From: a virus
Direction: 5' to 3' (one strand)
Virus record (IMG/VR): IMGVR_UViG_3300028829_002503
DNA length: 64,000 bases
Below, in pieces: positions 58,459 to 64,000 of the stretch; position 1 is the first letter of the stretch; each line of letters opens with the position of its first letter. The position numbers were made by a program, and so were the translations under genes. A model generated the notes under the pieces. It was not told where the DNA came from and did no database searches. It saw only the letters and a program-made list of their open reading frames with translations.

Positions 58459-58880
58459 TGATAAACTGGAAATGCAAACATACATGGAAACGAAGTAGAG
58501 TTAACACACTCTGGTGCTTATTAGGATGCTCAATTGGAGACTTTGGTACTATCTTTGTATTTCAAAATATAGAACATACTTGGGCAATATGGCAAGTTAT
58601 GAGTCTTGCAATTCTAAATGGAATACTAACTAGTATCGCATTAGAGACAGTTATTCTAAGTAGACAGATGATACTTAGTATTGCGTTTAAAACTGCAATA
58701 GGTATGAGTCTTATATCAATGATTGCAATGGAACTAGCAATGAACTTAACTGATGTGTTACTTACTGGTGGTGCTATGTTAACTTGGTGGGTAATCCCAT
58801 TTATGTTATTAGCAGGATTTGTCACTCCATTGCCTTATAACTACTGGCGATTAAAAGCATTAGGAAAAGCATGTCATTAA
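58458..58880 (+). CDS. DUF4396-like membrane protein
   Basis: TLWCLLGCSIGD, SMIAMELAMN, PLPYNYW.L...KACH. Confidence 0.8.
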   Translation: MINWKCKHTWKRSRVNTLWCLLGCSIGDFGTIFVFQNIEHTWAIWQVMSLAILNGILTSIALETVILSRQMILSIAFKTAIGMSLISMIAMELAMNLTDVLLTGGAMLTWWVIPFMLLAGFVTPLPYNYWRLKALGKACH

Positions 58881-59026
58881 GCAAAAAAACTATGGAACTA
58901 TTACTTGTAAACTACAAGAACATACACAGTGCGATGTTAAAAGATTGTGCTGACAAACAAAAGTTTACTAAGTTAATTGCTAATTTAGAAAAAGATATAG
59001 AGGAGTTTGAAGATGCAAGTTTATAA
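58871..59026 (+). CDS. Small hypothetical protein (51 aa)
   Basis: MSLSKKTMELLLVNYKNIHSAMLKDCADKQKF..; fills the gap between its neighbours. Confidence 0.5.
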   Translation: MSLSKKTMELLLVNYKNIHSAMLKDCADKQKFTKLIANLEKDIEEFEDASL

Positions 59027-59411
59027 AGAAACAATCTGGCATTTCACTTGTCAATCTTGTAGTGGCTTTTGGTCAATTGCTGCCTCAGACAAATGGATTC
59101 CAAAAGAGTTGTACTGTACACATTGTGGTTCAAAGAGAACACATAGTCCAGAAAAGATTGAATGGGTAGATGACAATGATTATCAACCTACAGAAAATGA
59201 TACTCCACAACAAAAATACTTTCAGTTTGAAGAAGAGTTTCTCAAAGATGAGTTTAATATCAATGGAGAACTTAAAAAAAGTACGATTACGCCAGACCCA
59301 GATATAATATATTCAGATGAATGGTGTTCTTGTGGACATAAAAAGATAAATTGTGACTGCAAAGCAGGGTGCAAATGTGAGTGTAATAAGAGATATTTAG
59401 AGGCATATTAA
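59013..59411 (+). CDS. Zn-ribbon protein with metallothionein-like Cys-rich tail
   Basis: CQSC..CTHC, then CSCGHKKINCDCKAGCKCEC; start moved to ATG 59013. Confidence 0.65.
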   Translation: MQVYKETIWHFTCQSCSGFWSIAASDKWIPKELYCTHCGSKRTHSPEKIEWVDDNDYQPTENDTPQQKYFQFEEEFLKDEFNINGELKKSTITPDPDIIYSDEWCSCGHKKINCDCKAGCKCECNKRYLEAY

Positions 59412-59491
59412 CTTACGACTTAATTATTAATAAAATAGATAAATACTAGTGTTAAAACCATAATCGAACACTATTATAGGAGATAAAGAAA

Positions 59492-60088
59492 ATGGCAAGA
59501 ACATTAAACAATTTTGGTGTACCTACTGATTCAGGCAATGAAGCCGTTGGTACTGGTATATTACAACCAAAACTAAACTATAGATTCCGTGTAGTAGTTG
59601 CTGGTTTTGGTGGAACTGGAACAAGTTCACAAGAATTTACAAGACAGGTTATGAACGTATCAAGACCTAAAGTATCACACGAGTCGATTCCATTAGATTC
59701 ATACAACTCACGTATGTATGTTATGGGTAAGCACACTTGGGAACCAATCACAATTACATTGCGTGATGATATAGCAAACAATCTAACTAAACTAGTTGGT
59801 CGTCAAGTACAATCACAGTTAGACCATAAAAATCAAAGAGGACCTTCAGCAGGTACTAATTATAAGTTTTCAACATTGATTGAAATCTTAGATGGTAACT
59901 CTGGTGATGCGACTGAACAATGGCAGTTAGAAGGATGTTTCATCACAAACGCTGACTATTCACAGTCTGATTACGCAGTTTCAGACCCAGTAACTATCAC
60001 TGTAACTCTACAGTATGATAATGCTGTTCTGAATGATGACATTATGCCTCCAATGGACTTTGTATCGGACTCTACAATCGCAGGTTAA
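59492..60088 (+). CDS. gp19: Tail tube protein
   Basis: LQPKL.YRFRV, RPKVSH, GKHTWEPITITLRDD, W.LEGCFIT..Y...DY; GATAAATAC at 59438. Confidence 0.92.
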   Translation: MARTLNNFGVPTDSGNEAVGTGILQPKLNYRFRVVVAGFGGTGTSSQEFTRQVMNVSRPKVSHESIPLDSYNSRMYVMGKHTWEPITITLRDDIANNLTKLVGRQVQSQLDHKNQRGPSAGTNYKFSTLIEILDGNSGDATEQWQLEGCFITNADYSQSDYAVSDPVTITVTLQYDNAVLNDDIMPPMDFVSDSTIAG

Positions 60089-60108
60089 TTTAACCGGGAG
60101 TAGGCTCC

Positions 60109-61683
60109 ATGTCGTTTAAAAGAAAAAGTGCTAAAGATACGGCTAGACGAGTTCTAGCCGATAGTGCTAATGCAAAACATAGATTTGGCTTCGCAGGAGA
60201 GCATGGCTCTCCTATTACAACTGCCCCAAAACTCTCTGACTTATGGTTCATAGAGTATACACCGGTCGTTGATGGAAGTAAAGCGGACGCAACTCAGTTT
60301 TCTTCTCTGGCTAAATCAGTTTCTCCTATCTCTATATCAACTGCTTCTATGCCTATTGACCAATATGGCAAAAGAATTTATGTCCCTACTCGTGTAGATT
60401 TTCCTGAATCAACTATCACAATGTATGATACAGTTGACGGTAAGATGTTTGATATGGCATCGTCTATATACAGTAAGTTTTTCAAAAACCAAGATGCTAA
60501 CGTCAATGGCGCTAATGCAGAAGAGGTACTAACAAGTAATAATATGCATGGTAGAAAAGTACCAGATATGAAACATGATTATTATCATCAGCATTTTGAA
60601 AAGATTACGGTATATCACTTTTTTGGTAACCTTGATAGAGCGGGTCCACCAGATAATATTTCACAAAACGCAGGAAAAGGTTCGATTCAAAAAATCGAAT
60701 TAATAAATCCATTAGTCACCAATATTTCTTTTTCTGGCAGTGATTATAGTGCTACTGAATTAAGAACTGTAGACTTGACTGTTCAGGCAGAAAACATAAT
60801 AATAGGCAACGTAGCCGATAATATAGCATTCCCGTCATGGATGACATTAGGAATGGATTATATGTTAGATGAACTAAGCCCACAACTTAAGAGAAGAGCG
60901 GGCAATCTTTATCCTGATAAATTTGCAGAAGGTCCAAGAGGTGAATACTCTAGGTTTAAGTCAGTTAGTAGAACAGACGGTAATGAAAATTATGAAGATT
61001 CTTTGGGCGAGCAAAGAGTTAATCAATATGGTAATGATGACAGAACACAGGCTGAAGGTCTTACAGACCCAGCAAGAATAGAACAACAAGAGTATAACGA
61101 TACGAATAGAAAACTCAACGAACTAATGAGATTGTATAATGCTCAAATTCAAAATCCTAATGAACAAGGAAATGAAGCATTATCGGCCGCATTAAAAAGT
61201 CAAATTGGAACAATTAATGCCGCAAGACAGAGTAGATTTATAAGAGGACAAGAGGCTGGTGGTAATCAATTTCAAACTGATTACGAAGCAACATATACTA
61301 ATCCAGATATCCCGACATTTGGCGGAATAGGAGATAGTAATCCACCAACCAATAAATATCCAAGATATTCTACTGATTTGGGTGGAGCAATGGTAAGAGA
61401 GTTAGTTGGTGCATTCTTTGGAAATCGTTCATTTAACGCACAAAATATTAAAGGCACGTTGGTAAATAAGATTATTGGTAATGATGGTACATCACAAAGT
61501 AGAAAGATTTTAGGTCAAATACTCACTGATGGTGCAGTTTCGTCTACAAGTGGTGCATACGAAACAACAACACCAGCAAATAATAATACAGAAACAGTTG
61601 AAACAGTTCCAGTATTCAAAACTGATTCTCCTCCTGGTAGTTACGGAGCAAGTAGGTTTATAACTAATAGGAGAACGAAGTAA
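60109..61683 (+). CDS. Tube-fold paralog (gp48/54-like) with long C-terminal extension
   Basis: QYGKRIYVPTRVDFPESTITMYD, IELINPLVTNISF...DY. Confidence 0.6.
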   Translation: MSFKRKSAKDTARRVLADSANAKHRFGFAGEHGSPITTAPKLSDLWFIEYTPVVDGSKADATQFSSLAKSVSPISISTASMPIDQYGKRIYVPTRVDFPESTITMYDTVDGKMFDMASSIYSKFFKNQDANVNGANAEEVLTSNNMHGRKVPDMKHDYYHQHFEKITVYHFFGNLDRAGPPDNISQNAGKGSIQKIELINPLVTNISFSGSDYSATELRTVDLTVQAENIIIGNVADNIAFPSWMTLGMDYMLDELSPQLKRRAGNLYPDKFAEGPRGEYSRFKSVSRTDGNENYEDSLGEQRVNQYGNDDRTQAEGLTDPARIEQQEYNDTNRKLNELMRLYNAQIQNPNEQGNEALSAALKSQIGTINAARQSRFIRGQEAGGNQFQTDYEATYTNPDIPTFGGIGDSNPPTNKYPRYSTDLGGAMVRELVGAFFGNRSFNAQNIKGTLVNKIIGNDGTSQSRKILGQILTDGAVSSTSGAYETTTPANNNTETVETVPVFKTDSPPGSYGASRFITNRRTK

Positions 61684-61946
61684 TGAAATTAGATATTTTA
61701 AGTGCTAAACTATTAAAAAAAGGTTTTACTAAAGAGAAGGCAGAAGCATATGCGGTAGAACTTACTAACATAGCAAAGATTTATGGCGTAAATCCATATG
61801 ACTTTGTTGATGAACTTTCAGAGGACTTCTCTTTCAATGACTTGGGTTCATTTGTTATGAATAATGCATTGCGATTTGGATATAAGACAGGTAAGATGAC
61901 TCCTAGAACTCCTACACCTTATGTTGAAAGAGCAATCATTAAATAA
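61683..61946 (+). CDS. Hypothetical protein (87 aa)
   Basis: Translationally coupled on both sides. Confidence 0.65.
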   Translation: MKLDILSAKLLKKGFTKEKAEAYAVELTNIAKIYGVNPYDFVDELSEDFSFNDLGSFVMNNALRFGYKTGKMTPRTPTPYVERAIIK

Positions 61947-62419
61947 TGGCAAAATTCCACAAAGGCAAATACACAGTAATAAACGAAGAAAAGTACTCAG
62001 GAAGTGGGACACCAGTTTACAGGAGTAGTTGGGAGCAGACGTTTATGCAGTTCTGTGATAATAATCCAAACGTTATGGCATGGGCAAGTGAGCCTGTAAG
62101 AATATCATATCAACATCCTTTAACAGGTAAAATAACAGCATATGTTCCTGATTTTATTATTGTATATAGAGATTCTAAAGGAAGTAAAAATGCAGAGTTA
62201 ATAGAAATTAAACCTGCTAATCAATCAAATCCTAAATTTGCAAAAGGCAGGGCACAACAGGCACAAGTTGTAGTAAACTATGCTAAGTGGGAAGCCGCAA
62301 CACAGTGGGCAAAAAAACGAGGTATGAAGTTTAGAGTTCTTAATGAGGGCGATATATACGCCAATACTAAGAAACCTAAAGCAGTTAAAAGACCTAAGAA
62401 GCCTATTAAACCAAGATAA
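61946..62419 (+). CDS. gp4: Head completion nuclease (TnsA-like)
   Basis: YRSSWE..FM.FCD.NP....WASE, YVPDF, LIEIKP, N.AKW.AA. Confidence 0.9.
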   Translation: MAKFHKGKYTVINEEKYSGSGTPVYRSSWEQTFMQFCDNNPNVMAWASEPVRISYQHPLTGKITAYVPDFIIVYRDSKGSKNAELIEIKPANQSNPKFAKGRAQQAQVVVNYAKWEAATQWAKKRGMKFRVLNEGDIYANTKKPKAVKRPKKPIKPR

Positions 62420-62549
62420 CACACCTTAGGACCGATATAAGTTACTTATATCTAAGGTGAGGATGCCATTATCCATTATTCATATCGCTACTATGTCTAC
62501 AAAAAATGGCAACTTTATTTTTGATAAATACGTATATAATTAATTAAGA

Positions 62550-63083
62550 GTGTATATTATGACAAAGAAATTAGAAGAAACGTTTAATATCAATCCAGAA
62601 GAGGATGAGATATCTGAAACAGAAACAACAGAAGAAGAAGTTCCTTCTATTGAAGAATCAAAAGAACTCACTGAACTTTTATATTCAGAGTTAAAAACTA
62701 CTGAAAAGATTGATAGTGCGTTGCCACTAGTATCAGACCTTAATCAACACGATAAAGAGATGGATGATATTCATCAAAAGGCATTAGATGCGTTTAATGA
62801 CTTAGTTCAATTAGGCATGAACGTAGAAGTACACGCTGGTGCAAAGTTGCTAGAAACAGCGAATCAGATGCTAAAAACGGCTATGGAAGCAAAAGATAGT
62901 AAAGTTGATAGAAAATTGAAGATGATTAACCTACAATTGCAAAAAGCCAAGTTGGACCATAGCGTTAAGAAGTCATTACCAGAGGGTACGGAACTAGAAA
63001 GTGACGGAGCAATCACAATTGACAGAAATGAGTTGCTAAAACGCATAGACAATGCCGAAAAAGAGATTAAAAATGATAAATAA
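62550..63083 (+). CDS. Late helical protein, possibly terminase small subunit
   Basis: GATAAATAC at 62523; helical, ends ..DRNELLK; position near head genes only. Confidence 0.45.
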   Translation: MYIMTKKLEETFNINPEEDEISETETTEEEVPSIEESKELTELLYSELKTTEKIDSALPLVSDLNQHDKEMDDIHQKALDAFNDLVQLGMNVEVHAGAKLLETANQMLKTAMEAKDSKVDRKLKMINLQLQKAKLDHSVKKSLPEGTELESDGAITIDRNELLKRIDNAEKEIKNDK

Positions 63084-63124
63084 GAATAGAACAATTATAC
63101 TTTAAAACATATTTGGAAAGCGTT

Positions 63125-63694
63125 ATGAAAACATTTAAACAATATTTAACAGAGTCCACTAAAGAACATAAGTTTACACTAAGATTCTGTTGTGACTTAG
63201 ATGAAGCAGGTGCAAACCGTATTGAGGCATTCTTGTCAAAATATGACCTTAAGTCGATGTCAAAAACATCTACTACACCAATTACTAAGAATCCAATGTT
63301 TTTCAAAGACGTAGAGAACTCAAAAGTTTCAAAAGTCGATATCGCAACAGGATATCCATTATCAGCAGACATTTTAAGACAACAACTAAGTGATTTACTT
63401 GGTATGCATCTTACACACGTTGCTGTGCATCCAGAAGGATGGGAACCTGAAGAAGAAGTAGTAGATGAAGATAAAGAGGCATTACTAGTATCAGATTATG
63501 ATGAGACAGCAGATGATGGTAAAACTTACGGTAAAACTTTTGTAGATAAATTTTTAAATGATTTAGAGAAAAAAGAACATGAGGTTGTAGAGAATGAAAT
63601 GAGCGTAACGCCAAAATCTGACCCTGCACCAGAGCAAATGGACAAAGAAGAAAAATCTACTCCATCTGTAATTTCAGGAGACGAAAATGACTAA
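63125..63694 (+). CDS. Putative internal head protein
   Basis: Starts MKTFKQYLTE (start moved to ATG 63125); acidic tail. Confidence 0.55.
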   Translation: MKTFKQYLTESTKEHKFTLRFCCDLDEAGANRIEAFLSKYDLKSMSKTSTTPITKNPMFFKDVENSKVSKVDIATGYPLSADILRQQLSDLLGMHLTHVAVHPEGWEPEEEVVDEDKEALLVSDYDETADDGKTYGKTFVDKFLNDLEKKEHEVVENEMSVTPKSDPAPEQMDKEEKSTPSVISGDEND

Positions 63695-64000
63695 GAAATA
63701 TACATTAACAACATCAGAAGAAACTGTTACAGAGAATCCAGAGGATATCATCAGATTGATGAAACTAGCAGGTCTTACAAATGCACAGCCAGTTGCTGAA
63801 GAAGAAGTAACTGAAGAAGTAGAAGCAGAAGTTTATGAGCCTACTGAAGCAAATGACGAACTAGACTTAGATGATTTTTCTAAAAAGTCTCCAGAAAGCA
63901 TTTCAAAACAAAAGAAATCAATTCAACCAACTCTTGGTGATAACCCATTAGAGTATTCATTAGATGAAAATGAAATCTATGAAGCGATGATGAAAGAATT
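63687..64000 (+). CDS. Acidic head-associated protein, truncated at the window end
   Basis: Hand translation MTKKYTLTTSEETVTENPEDIIRLMKLAGLTNAQPVAEEEVTEEVEAE.., open to the end; SD AGGAG. Confidence 0.65.
   Translation, partial: MTKKYTLTTSEETVTENPEDIIRLMKLAGLTNAQPVAEEEVTEEVEAEVYEPTEANDELDLDDFSKKSPESISKQKKSIQPTLGDNPLEYSLDENEIYEAMMKE

Noticed and set aside
1-64000. tRNA genes, CRISPR arrays, IS elements, integrase
   Set aside because: None recognised: no cloverleaf with T-loop in the intergenic gaps, no regularly spaced repeat-spacer array, no transposase motifs. Gene gp4 is TnsA-like but is a core head gene

Overview
A 64-kb, AT-rich segment of a large T4-like (gp55/gp23/gp18-type) tailed phage genome, covering most of the virion module. 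Left to right: a minus-strand baseplate block (gp6, gp25, gp5, large hub, gp53, gp48-like) interrupted by a host-type clpP; a plus-strand sigma70-driven block (late sigma gp55, gp47, an inserted SDR, gp46, Hc1-like protein, methyltransferase); a small-RNA / GIY-YIG / large-structured-RNA region; gp26-gp51-like genes joined by a likely -1 frameshift; tape measure, portal, scaffolds, protease and major capsid; five modular fibre-like genes; a stand-alone manA-like RNA; neck and tail-completion genes; sheath; a CCA-adding-enzyme/nucleotidase multidomain protein; tube; gp4; and head-related genes running off the end. The strongest leads are: (1) a ~500-nt promoter-driven, multibranched non-coding RNA directly upstream of a minimal GIY-YIG nuclease; (2) two further independently transcribed RNAs; (3) a canonical slippery heptamer fusing the gp26-like and gp51-like ORFs; (4) a five-module CCA/NT5C protein that looks like a protease-processed head polyprotein; (5) repeated-loop hairpin arrays in late fibre-gene leaders. 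All family calls come from motif recognition by eye; no database searches or folding programs were run.
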